Positions 33,449 to 41,621 of a stretch of DNA of 64,000 nucleotides are shown piece by piece. The notes beneath the pieces are model-generated. The model saw nothing but the letters and a program-made list of their open reading frames with translations. It ran no database searches and was not told the origin of the DNA. The translations under genes were made by a program, and so were the position numbers. The number at the start of each line of letters is the position of its first letter. The stretch's first letter is position 1. The stretch comes from Pleomorphomonas sp. (GTDB taxonomy: Bacteria; Pseudomonadota; Alphaproteobacteria; Rhizobiales; Pleomorphomonadaceae). The DNA lies in contig JAUVXG010000002.1 in NCBI GenBank assembly GCA_030603685.1, positions 3,415 to 67,414 of the forward strand, written 5' to 3'.

Positions 33449-33456
33449 TCTTAAAT

Positions 33457-33511
33457 GAGCAACGGTTTCCTAAACCGTAGGTCAGGGGTTCGAATCCCTT
33501 CCGGGACGCCA
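33457..33511 (+). pseudogene. 3' fragment (D-stem 3' strand through CCA) of the split tRNA-Arg(CCU)
   Basis: GAGC-A-ACGGT-TTCCTAA-ACCGT-AGGTC-AGGGG-TTCGAAT-CCCTT-CCGGGAC-G-CCA. No acceptor 5' strand or D-arm is present immediately upstream. Confidence 0.85.
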
Positions 33512-33529
33512 CTTTCCGACTGTCCAAAC

Positions 33530-33781
33530 CTATCGTTTGACTGCCCTGATAACGCCGATCAGGATGCTGGCGCCCACGACGCCGGCGATCAGGTAACCGA
33601 TCCAGCCGCCGAACGAGATGCCGAGGATCCCGAACAGGAAACTCGCAATGGCGGCGCCGATGATGCCGAGCACGATGTTCAGGAAGAGCCCCGTGTCGGT
33701 CTTCATCAGTCCCGAGGCAATCCAGCCCGCGAGGCCGCCGATGATGATGGCTGCGATCCAGCCGATGCTTGCGTCATCCAT
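33530..33781 (-). CDS. GlsB/YeaQ/YmgE family (transglycosylase-associated) small membrane protein
   Basis: 83 aa, MDDASIGWIAAIIIGGLAGWIASGLM...GWIGYLIAGVVGASILIGVIRAVKR. The track ORF (to 33997) over-extends the N-terminus. Confidence 0.8.
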   Translation of the reverse strand: MDDASIGWIAAIIIGGLAGWIASGLMKTDTGLFLNIVLGIIGAAIASFLFGILGISFGGWIGYLIAGVVGASILIGVIRAVKR

Positions 33782-34023
33782 TCTCTTACCCCCAAGCAAA
33801 CCGTTCGAATCGAATGGCCAAGCCGCCGGCAGATTGCGTCTTGGGGAGCAATCTTCCGCTGCCCGGCATTGACACAACGAACGATCGGGAAGGCAGTTCC
33901 CTCCGGAAGGGAAACATGTGTTTTCCGCCGGGCACCCGGCTGTGGGCATAGACACTGGAAGAAAACGCCGACGGCCCCTGCAAAGGACCGCCGGCACCGT
34001 GACGACTGTCGAGCTTGCGCCGC

Positions 34024-34938
34024 TCAGGGGAACCGGGCGCGGAAATCGGCCAGTGTCGCGTAGGAACGCTGAGTGCCGCGCCGAGTAATCGAGTCGGCGG
34101 CATATTTCGCCGCCTCGGTCAGCGCTTCGAAGATTGCGAGTCCTTCGGAATGGAAGTGGGCGAAAGCGCCTATGAAGGCGTCGCCGGCGCCAGTGGTGTC
34201 GACGGGCTCCACCTTGACCGGCGAGACCCGGCGCGTGCCGGCCGCGTCGACCAGAAGGGCGCCTCGGCCCCCCATGGTGACCACCACCGTGCCGATGCCG
34301 CGTTCGATCAGCGACCGCGCGGCCACCTCCGCTTCCTGCTCATTGTTGACCGGGAGGCCGGTCAGCGTTGCCAGCTCGGTTTCGTTGGGGGTCAGAAACG
34401 CGAGATCGGCAAGACGCGCCACGTCGAGGTCCGCGGCGGCCGGGGCAGGGTTGAGCAGCGTCGGCACGCCGAGTTCCTTGGCCTTGAGAACCGTGTGGTA
34501 GACGGTTTCGACCGGGACCTCCATCTGCATCAGGATCAGCGAGCAGCCCTTGAGTGCCGGGATAGCGGCATCGACGTCGGCCGAGGTCAGATCGGCGTTG
34601 GCGCCCTTGACGATCAGGATCGAGTTCTCGCCCGACGGTTCCACGAAGATCGGTGCCACGCCCGACGACCGGCCCGGCGTCCGCAACACGTGGGTGGTGT
34701 CGATGCCGTTGCGCTGGAAGTTGGCGATCGTCGCGTCGGCGAAGGCATCGTCACCGACGCGGGTCACCATCGCGACGCTCGAACCGAGCCTTGCCGCCGC
34801 GATCGCCTGGTTGGCGCCCTTGCCACCGTGGCCCATCTCGAAGGTTGGCGCTTCGATGGTCTCGCCGCGCAGCGGCATGCGGTTCACGTAGGTGATCAGG
34901 TCCATCATGTTGGAGCCGACAACGGCGATCTTCGACAT
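34024..34938 (-). CDS. PfkB-family ribokinase/deoxyribokinase
   Basis: MSKIAVVGSNMMDLITY..., GGKGANQA, and the C-terminal DTTGAGDAFIGAF motif. Confidence 0.85.
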   Translation of the reverse strand: MSKIAVVGSNMMDLITYVNRMPLRGETIEAPTFEMGHGGKGANQAIAAARLGSSVAMVTRVGDDAFADATIANFQRNGIDTTHVLRTPGRSSGVAPIFVEPSGENSILIVKGANADLTSADVDAAIPALKGCSLILMQMEVPVETVYHTVLKAKELGVPTLLNPAPAAADLDVARLADLAFLTPNETELATLTGLPVNNEQEAEVAARSLIERGIGTVVVTMGGRGALLVDAAGTRRVSPVKVEPVDTTGAGDAFIGAFAHFHSEGLAIFEALTEAAKYAADSITRRGTQRSYATLADFRARFP

Positions 34939-35001
34939 CTTTTCCTCCGGTTGTCCGCAGCCCGTCCCCAGGGCGCGGCCGACTGTTGCTTGCGGCGGCG
35001 C

Positions 35002-36078
35002 TCAGCCGGCCATGCGTTCGGCTTCCCGACGACACTCCCCGGCATCGAGATGGCCGAGCTCGACGGTGAAGCGGGCCGTCTCGCCGGCGGCGAGGCTGCG
35101 GACGTTGCCCTTCTGTTTCTCCGCCGTGTAGCCTTCCGGCTCGCAGGTCGACGGCAGCGCGAAGGCGGCCACCTGCTGGTCGTGACCGGCCAGGATCCAG
35201 CGCACGGTCTTGGGGAAGTCCGTGGTGTTGTAGCGGGCGAAGAAGGCGTCGCCTTCGGGCCGACGCATCAACAGGCGAGTGTCGCCGGCGGCGTCGGTGG
35301 CGAGGCCGCGCAGATAGAACACCTGCTCGGGGTCATAGCCGTCGGCCTTGCGGATGACGCGGCTGCCGGCGGGATCGACGGCCAGTGCTGCGACGCGGGC
35401 GAGATAGTCCGGGTTTGGCCGCACATGGGCCGGTACGGCCGTGCGCGTCGCCGTGCGATCGGGCGTGAAGGGCGCCTGCTGAAGGATCTCGGCGCCTTCG
35501 CTGAAGGCGTAGTTGACGTGGCACATGTACATGAGGTCCATCGGGTCGCCAGCCGACAGGTTCGTCACCTCCATCGCCATGTCGAAGCGGGCCGAGCCGG
35601 CGCGCAGCGTCACCGACGGACGGGCTTCGTAGTGCGAGCCGAACCCCATGGCATACTCGTAGCTGCCGACGACGCGCAAATAGTCGCCGCGATCGTCGCT
35701 GCCCGTCTCGATGCCGGCCCAGTCCATGGCGGCGCAGGGCATCTCGCCATGGGAGGGGTGGTTGTCGGTGGGGCCGGGGACGCCGTTTCGCAGCAGGCCC
35801 GAGTGGAAGGCGAAGCAGCCGTAGGTTTCGCCGATGGTCGTCACGCGGCGCGGCGCCTTGAAGATGCTCTTCATGGTCAGGTCGACGCCGTCGAAGGCGG
35901 CCTGCCAGATCATCTGTCCGAGGTAGGGCAGGATGATGAGCGCGCCGCGGGCGTTCTCGAGACGGATCGCCTCGATGCCCGTCGGGTAGAGGAACAGGCT
36001 GGCCTTGAGGGTGCCATGCTCGACGGCCGTGCGCTCGACCTCCTTGAAGGCGGCGCGGGAGAGATGGAAGAGGGTCAT
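35002..36078 (-). CDS. DUF4432 / aldose-1-epimerase-like protein (candidate sugar mutarotase)
   Basis: The 358-aa ORF starts at MTLFHLSRAAFKEV, and its start overlaps the stop of the upstream permease gene. The 701-aa track ORF is an over-extension into the permease gene. Confidence 0.65.
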   Translation of the reverse strand: MTLFHLSRAAFKEVERTAVEHGTLKASLFLYPTGIEAIRLENARGALIILPYLGQMIWQAAFDGVDLTMKSIFKAPRRVTTIGETYGCFAFHSGLLRNGVPGPTDNHPSHGEMPCAAMDWAGIETGSDDRGDYLRVVGSYEYAMGFGSHYEARPSVTLRAGSARFDMAMEVTNLSAGDPMDLMYMCHVNYAFSEGAEILQQAPFTPDRTATRTAVPAHVRPNPDYLARVAALAVDPAGSRVIRKADGYDPEQVFYLRGLATDAAGDTRLLMRRPEGDAFFARYNTTDFPKTVRWILAGHDQQVAAFALPSTCEPEGYTAEKQKGNVRSLAAGETARFTVELGHLDAGECRREAERMAG

Positions 36079-37088
36079 TTGCCGCGATTCCTCAGAACGT
36101 TGATCACCATGACGAGCAGCAGGAAGCCGCCCCAGATGAAATCGATGAGGTGGTTGGAGAAACGCATCATCTGGAAGCCGGAGGCGAGCAGCATCAGGGC
36201 GATGACGGCGATGGAAACGCCCAGCACCGTGCCCTTGCCGCCAGCCGGATTGGTGCCGCCCAGCACCGAGATGAGCACCGCCTGGAGAAGATAGGAGGTG
36301 CCGTAGTCGGACTTGGCGGCGTTGGTGCGGCCCGAGAGCACGATGCCGGCCAGAGCTGCCAGCGTGCCGCTCAGCATGTAGGAATAGAGCACCATGCGCT
36401 CCGTCCGGAGGCCGGCGAACACGGCGGCGCGCGGGTTGGTGCCGATCAGGAACAGATTGAGGCCGAAGGGCGTCTTGGTCAGCATGACGGCGATGGCCAC
36501 GACCACCACCAGGAACAGGACCAGCGGCACGGCGATGCCGAGGATCTTGCCGTTGCCGATGAAGCCCCACCAGGCCGGGAAGCCCACGATGGCCGGACCG
36601 CCGGTCAGCACCATGCAGAGGCCGGTGAAGATCTGTCCGGTGCCGAGCGTGGCGAGAATGGGCGTGATCCTGACCTTGGCGATCAGCAAGCCGTTGAGGG
36701 TGCCGGCGAGCAACCCGACCCCGAGCGCCAGGACGACGCCTGCAGCGACGCGCATCAGCTCGGCCGCCGCGCCGGCCTCGGGGGCGGCCGGGTAGAGGCG
36801 GGTGAAGAACACGCCGGCCAGGATGCCGGCGAGGTTGGCGATGCCGATCACCGACAGGTCGATGCCGCCGGTCAGCATGGCCAGCATCATGGCGATGGCC
36901 ACGATGCCCAACTCGGGGAAGATGAAGCTGATGGATTCGAAGTTGTAGTAGCGCAGGAACTTGTTCGGCTCCAACGCCGACATCAGCAGGAAGATCACCG
37001 CGGTGATGATCAGGAGCTGGACGATGTTGTTGTCGCGGTTGATGAAGCGACGAAGGTCGGTGAGCTTGTTCATGGATCCGGCTTTCAC
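36075..37088 (-). CDS. Sugar ABC transporter permease (RbsC-like)
   Basis: 337 aa, multi-TM, with the branched-chain/monosaccharide permease pattern. Confidence 0.85.
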   Translation of the reverse strand: MKAGSMNKLTDLRRFINRDNNIVQLLIITAVIFLLMSALEPNKFLRYYNFESISFIFPELGIVAIAMMLAMLTGGIDLSVIGIANLAGILAGVFFTRLYPAAPEAGAAAELMRVAAGVVLALGVGLLAGTLNGLLIAKVRITPILATLGTGQIFTGLCMVLTGGPAIVGFPAWWGFIGNGKILGIAVPLVLFLVVVVAIAVMLTKTPFGLNLFLIGTNPRAAVFAGLRTERMVLYSYMLSGTLAALAGIVLSGRTNAAKSDYGTSYLLQAVLISVLGGTNPAGGKGTVLGVSIAVIALMLLASGFQMMRFSNHLIDFIWGGFLLLVMVINVLRNRGK

Positions 37089-38056
37089 ACGAGCGCCTTG
37101 CGGTCACGCCAGGCGGTGAGGGCCGTGGCGATGACGATGACGCAACCGACGACGACGCCTTGCCAGGTGTTGTCGATGCGCATGATGATCAGGCTGTTCT
37201 TGATGAGCGTCAGCATGAAGACGCCGAGGATGGTGCCGAACACCGAGCCGCGGCCACCGAAGATCGAAGCGCCGCCCAGCACCACGGCGGCGATGACGTC
37301 GAGCTCGTAGCCGACGAAATCGCGCGGGTTGGCGAGCCAGATCATCGAGGCGTGCAGGAGGCCGGCAAAACCTGCCAGAGCGCCGGCAAGGCCGTAGACC
37401 AGGTAGACCGTGCGGCGGGTGTTGAAGCCGACGCGCTTGGCGGACTCGGCATCGTCGCCATAGGCGAAAATGGCCCGGCCGGCCATGGTGCGCGTCAGGA
37501 ACAGCCACATCAGCAGGGCGATGCCGAGGTAGATGAAGATCATCAAGGACAGCTTGCTGCCGCCGATCTCGACGGTGCTGCTGCCGAAGGCGATCAGAGA
37601 GGGCGGCATGCGGTCGATGTTGATGATCGACGTGCCGACAAGCCCGAGCAACAGGCCGCGCACGACCGAGGCGGAGCCGAGCGTGACGATCAGCGGGATC
37701 ATCCGGAAGGTGTGGATGAAGAAGGCGTTGGCCAGGCCGCAGAGGAGTCCGATCACCGTCGCGCCGATGAACGGCAGCACCACGCCCTGATAGCCCATGG
37801 CGTTCATGGCGATCACCGTCAGGTACATGGCGGCGACGGCGAAGGCGGGGAAGGAGACGTCGATGCCGCCGGAAATCATGACGGTCAGCACGCTGAGCGC
37901 CATGATGCCGATGACGACATTCGCCCTCAGAAGATTGAACAGGTTGTCGGCCTGCCAGAAGGCGGGGTTGATCACGCCGATCACGATCATCACGACGATG
38001 AGGATGGCGAGCACCGCCGTTTCGGACCGGCGCAGAAGTTTGGAAACAGAGGTCAT
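37085..38056 (-). CDS. Sugar ABC transporter permease (RbsC-like)
   Basis: 323 aa, multi-TM, paralogous to the neighbouring permease. Confidence 0.85.
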   Translation of the reverse strand: MTSVSKLLRRSETAVLAILIVVMIVIGVINPAFWQADNLFNLLRANVVIGIMALSVLTVMISGGIDVSFPAFAVAAMYLTVIAMNAMGYQGVVLPFIGATVIGLLCGLANAFFIHTFRMIPLIVTLGSASVVRGLLLGLVGTSIINIDRMPPSLIAFGSSTVEIGGSKLSLMIFIYLGIALLMWLFLTRTMAGRAIFAYGDDAESAKRVGFNTRRTVYLVYGLAGALAGFAGLLHASMIWLANPRDFVGYELDVIAAVVLGGASIFGGRGSVFGTILGVFMLTLIKNSLIIMRIDNTWQGVVVGCVIVIATALTAWRDRKALV

Positions 38057-39549
38057 CAGCGCAGACCCTTCAGGCGGCCATGGATGTCGTCTTCTTCGAC
38101 GCTTCGCGTGTCGAGCCGATCGACGATTTCGCCCCGGTGCATCAGCAGGATGCGATTGCAGTTCTGAATGAGCTCGGGCACGTCGTCGGAGATCATCAGC
38201 ACGGCGAGACCGGTACTGGCGGCCAGTTCACGGATACGCCGGTGGATCTCGGCCTTGGAGCCGACATCGACGCCCACGGTGGGGCCGTTGAGAATCAGCA
38301 CCTTGGGATGGGTCAGCAACCAGCGGCCGATAACGACGCGTTGTGGATTGCCGCCGGAAAGCTGGCCGGCGTGCTTTTCGATGTCCGGCGTGGCGATGCG
38401 CATGTCGGATACGGTCTGTTCGGCCAGGGCGTTGAGCCGTTCATGATCGAGGAACGGTCCGCGCGTCGCCCTGCCGATGGCGCTGGCAATGACGTTGCGA
38501 GCGATCGGCTGCCGCATGAACAGGCCTTCGGACAGGCGGTCTTCTGGCACGTAAGCGATGCCGGCGGCGACGGCGTCCTGCACGCTTTCCAGACTGAGAG
38601 GCGTACCGTCGAGGCGGATGTCGCCGCTGTGCGGCTCCATGCCGAACAGCGCCATGGCAAGCTCGGTCCGACCGGATCCGAGAAGCCCGCTGAGGCCGAC
38701 AATCTCGCCTCGGTGAAGGTCGAGATCGACACCGCGCACGGTGTCGCCGACGGAGAGGCCCCGCACCGAAAGGCGGGGCTCCTCGCTGTCGTCACCGGTC
38801 CAGACGTGCCGCTCGTGGCCGATGTCGTGGCCGGTCATGGCACGAGTGATGCGCGCCTCGTTGAACTCGCCGGTCGGGCCTTCCTCGACCTTGCGGCCGT
38901 TGCGGAAGACCGTGATGCGTTCGGAAATTTCCAGCATCTCACGCATCTTGTGGCTGACGAACAGCACGGCGATGCCCTTGGCCTGGATCTCGCGAACGAT
39001 GGAGAACAGGCGGTCGACCTCGCGGCCGGTGAGCGCCGTGGTCGGTTCGTCCATGATCAGGAGGCGCGTCTCGCTCATCAGGGCGCGAGCGATGGCGACG
39101 ATCTGGCGGTCGGCGGTCGAGAGGGTGCCGACCGTGGCGTCGAGATCGATCGCCACGTCGAGCCGGGCCAGAGCCTCGGCGCCGAGCTGGCGGCGACGCT
39201 TGGGATCGACGAAAGTCTTGCCTTCGCTGAGCAGCCGGTTGAGGGCGAGGTTCTCGGCCACGGTCAGGCTGGGGAACAGCGAGAAGTCCTGGTAGATGAC
39301 CTGAATGCCGGCGGCGATGGCGTCGCGCGGACCAAGATCGGCAACCGGTTTGCCGTCGATGAGGAGGTCTCCCTCGTCGAAGTCGTAGACGCCGGAGACG
39401 ATCTTGATGAGGGTGGACTTGCCGGAGCCGTTCTCGCCGGCAAGGCAGACGATCTCGGCGGGGAAGATCTGGAAGTCGACGCCGTCGAGCGCCTTCATGC
39501 CAGGAAAGCGCTTTGTGACGGCGCGGAGTTCGATCAGGGGTTCGGCCAT
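38056..39549 (-). CDS. Sugar ABC transporter ATP-binding protein with two ABC domains
   Basis: GENGSGKST and GLLGSGRTE Walker A motifs and LSGGNPQR-type signatures. The ATG at 39549 (MAEPLIELRAV) is preferred over the track start at 39696. Confidence 0.88.
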   Translation of the reverse strand: MAEPLIELRAVTKRFPGMKALDGVDFQIFPAEIVCLAGENGSGKSTLIKIVSGVYDFDEGDLLIDGKPVADLGPRDAIAAGIQVIYQDFSLFPSLTVAENLALNRLLSEGKTFVDPKRRRQLGAEALARLDVAIDLDATVGTLSTADRQIVAIARALMSETRLLIMDEPTTALTGREVDRLFSIVREIQAKGIAVLFVSHKMREMLEISERITVFRNGRKVEEGPTGEFNEARITRAMTGHDIGHERHVWTGDDSEEPRLSVRGLSVGDTVRGVDLDLHRGEIVGLSGLLGSGRTELAMALFGMEPHSGDIRLDGTPLSLESVQDAVAAGIAYVPEDRLSEGLFMRQPIARNVIASAIGRATRGPFLDHERLNALAEQTVSDMRIATPDIEKHAGQLSGGNPQRVVIGRWLLTHPKVLILNGPTVGVDVGSKAEIHRRIRELAASTGLAVLMISDDVPELIQNCNRILLMHRGEIVDRLDTRSVEEDDIHGRLKGLR

Positions 39550-39704
39550 GGTGTGCGCTTCGATTTCCGAACGGGGACGACCTTTGGGATGAATGGCATG
39601 GCGAGCGGTCGCGACGGCCGGCCGGTCAGGCCGCCTCGTCGAACCGGAATCGTCACGCAAGGTATGGGGAACGGCGGGCTTGCCGCCGCTCCCCACATCG
39701 TCCG

Positions 39705-40751
39705 TCAGAAGTTGTAGTCGGCCATGTTGTCCTTGGTGACGCCGACCCAGCCCTGGCCATAGAGCAGGTTGGGGGCAGCGCCCTCGGGCGTCGTCAGGCT
39801 CTCGTAGCCCTTGAGGCCGAGGTTGAGACCAGCCTTGATCTCATCCTTCTTCTCGCTCAGCGCCAAGACGGCGAGTGTGTTCATGGCGTAGGCGGCAACG
39901 GCCGGATCCCAGAACTGGATGTACTGGATGTCGCCGTCCTCAAGGTATTTGCCCGCCACCGACGGAAGGCCGGTACCGGCGAAGAACACCTTGTCCTTGA
40001 GGCCGCGTTCGGCAATCAGACGACCGGCACCGGCCGAGGTCGGCATCGGGCCACCGACGATGCCGGTGACGTCCGGATAGGTCGTCAGGGCTTCGGACAG
40101 GCGATTGTAGTCGGTGTTGGCGTCGTCATAGGTCTCGAGACGCTCGGTGGCGAGCGCCATGTCGGGGAAGTGTTCCTTCTGGTAGGCGATGGCGCCGTCG
40201 ATCCACTCGTTCTGCGACTGCGAGGTCAGGCTGCCGACGGTGGCGAGATACTTGCCCTTGCCGCCCATGGACTTGCCGAGGACTTCCATCAGCTTGGCGC
40301 CGTAGGCCTTGTTGTCGAAGGCTTCGAGCACGTAGTCGGCGTTCTTGAGATTGGACGCCTCGTGGGCGATCACCACGATGCCGCGATCGCGAGCCTTCTG
40401 GAGCACGGGCTCGACGGCTTCCACCGAGAAGGGAACGACGCAGATGGCGTCGACGCCCTGGGCGATCAGGTTCTCGATCAGCTGCACCTGAGCCGCCGCG
40501 TCGGCCTGGCTCGGGCCGACCTGCCAGACGTCGTGTCCGGTGTCGTCGCCGAACTGCTTGACGCCATCGCGCATGCGATCGAACCAGGCGATGCCGTCGA
40601 CCTTGACCACCGGGGCGATCGAGAAGGTCTTGCCGACGGCATCGGCCGTGATGTCCTTGCGAGCCTGGCTTACGTCGACGACGCCGTCGGCGAAGGCCGG
40701 CAGGGCCAGCATGGAGAGGCCGGCGGCCAGCGAAATCAGTGTCTTCTTCAT
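39705..40751 (-). CDS. Sugar ABC transporter periplasmic substrate-binding protein
   Basis: Signal peptide MKKTLISLAAGLSMLALPAFA and a periplasmic binding protein type I pattern. Confidence 0.85.
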   Translation of the reverse strand: MKKTLISLAAGLSMLALPAFADGVVDVSQARKDITADAVGKTFSIAPVVKVDGIAWFDRMRDGVKQFGDDTGHDVWQVGPSQADAAAQVQLIENLIAQGVDAICVVPFSVEAVEPVLQKARDRGIVVIAHEASNLKNADYVLEAFDNKAYGAKLMEVLGKSMGGKGKYLATVGSLTSQSQNEWIDGAIAYQKEHFPDMALATERLETYDDANTDYNRLSEALTTYPDVTGIVGGPMPTSAGAGRLIAERGLKDKVFFAGTGLPSVAGKYLEDGDIQYIQFWDPAVAAYAMNTLAVLALSEKKDEIKAGLNLGLKGYESLTTPEGAAPNLLYGQGWVGVTKDNMADYNF

Positions 40752-40791
40752 TATGTCGTCTCCTCCCAAGAGATCGATTGTCTAGGGCCCG

Positions 40792-41496
40792 TCAGTATCC
40801 GGCGGGACCTCCCTTACCGGCGCCGCCAACAATGGCGATACTGGCGCTGGCACCTATGCGCGTGGCCCCGGCTTCCACCATGGCCCACGCAGTCTCGGCG
40901 GTGCGAACACCACCGGAAGCCTTCACTCCCATCTCCGGACCGACCACCCGACGCATCAGCGCGATGTCCTCCACAGTCGCGCCACCCGTCGAGAAGCCGG
41001 TGGATGTTTTCACGAAGTCGGCCCCGAGTTCCTTGGAGATCCGGCAGGCGGTCTCCTTCTGGGCGTCGTTCAAGAGACAGGTTTCGATGATCACCTTCAG
41101 CACCTTGCCGGCCGTGGCCTGCCGGACGGCGGCGATGTCGGCGCGAAAACGATCGAGGTCGCCCTCGCGCAGGGCACCGATGTCGATCACCATGTCGATC
41201 TCGTCGGCACCGTCGGCGATGGCGCGGGAGGCTTCATCGGCCTTGGCGGCGGCCCCGGAGGCGCCGAGCGGGAACCCGACCACGACGCAAGTCTTCACCT
41301 TGCCGCCCTTCAGGCGATCGGCCACGAAGCGGGCGTGAACGGCATTGACGCAAACCGAAGCGAACCCGTGGGCGATTGCCTCCTCGCAAAGTCGCGACAC
41401 CTCGGCTCTCGTCGCCTCCGGCTTCAGAATCGTGTGGTCGATCATGCCGGCCAGAGTCTGCGAATTTTCAACCGAATTGTGTTTTGATTCTTCCAC
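40792..41496 (-). CDS. deoC: Deoxyribose-phosphate aldolase
   Basis: MIDHTILKPEAT, FASVCVNA, KVIIETCLL and FVKTSTGF (the Schiff-base Lys region). The GTG at 41496 has GGAGG 7 nt upstream. The track start at 41577 is a TTG. Confidence 0.88.
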   Translation of the reverse strand: MEESKHNSVENSQTLAGMIDHTILKPEATRAEVSRLCEEAIAHGFASVCVNAVHARFVADRLKGGKVKTCVVVGFPLGASGAAAKADEASRAIADGADEIDMVIDIGALREGDLDRFRADIAAVRQATAGKVLKVIIETCLLNDAQKETACRISKELGADFVKTSTGFSTGGATVEDIALMRRVVGPEMGVKASGGVRTAETAWAMVEAGATRIGASASIAIVGGAGKGGPAGY

Positions 41497-41621
41497 TTTC
41501 AGGCCTCCATCCGGCCGATATGTTATGATTCTAACAAGATTTGTTTGGAAGGTTTCATAGTGGCCTTGACGAGTCAAGGGGAAAGGTGGATTGAAAGGCC
41601 TGCAAGCGGCGAGGACATCCA

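Larger units (their letters stand above)
3187..33456. mobile_element. ~30.3-kb integrative genomic (defence) island inserted within tRNA-Arg(CCU)
   Basis: It is bounded by the two halves of one tRNA gene. G+C is visibly lower than in the flanks. A tyrosine-recombinase trio sits near the left end. The termini are imperfect inverted repeats, with subterminal direct repeats. Cargo consists of defence-type and regulatory genes. No conjugation or phage structural genes are present. Confidence 0.85.

Noticed and set aside
3187-33456. The island as an ICE or a prophage
   Set aside because: No relaxase, T4SS/T4CP, oriT-like or replication genes were recognisable, and no capsid, terminase, portal or tail genes either. 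The cargo is defence and regulation only, so I call it a non-conjugative integrative island.
33433-33511. Possibility that a complete tRNA exists at the right junction (normal attR with an intact tRNA)
   Set aside because: The 25-30 nt upstream of 33457 (GGAGATCTGAACCCACTCTTAAAT) cannot pair with the acceptor 3' strand CCGGGAC and cannot form a D-arm. The matching 5' part is at 3161..3186.
34015-36294. 759-aa + strand ORF across the kinase and mutarotase genes
   Set aside because: It is antisense to well-supported minus-strand genes (the PfkB kinase and DUF4432) and has Arg/Gly/Ala/Asp-rich shadow composition. The same reasoning applies to the + ORFs 36150..37310, 37160..38167 and 38080..39717, which lie over the ABC transporter genes.
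35002-37107. 701-aa ORF reported as a single protein
   Set aside because: Its N-terminal 343 aa are an out-of-frame read through the permease gene, are Arg/Pro/His-rich, and are implausible as protein. The real gene starts at the ATG at 36078 (MTLFHL...), which overlaps the permease stop.
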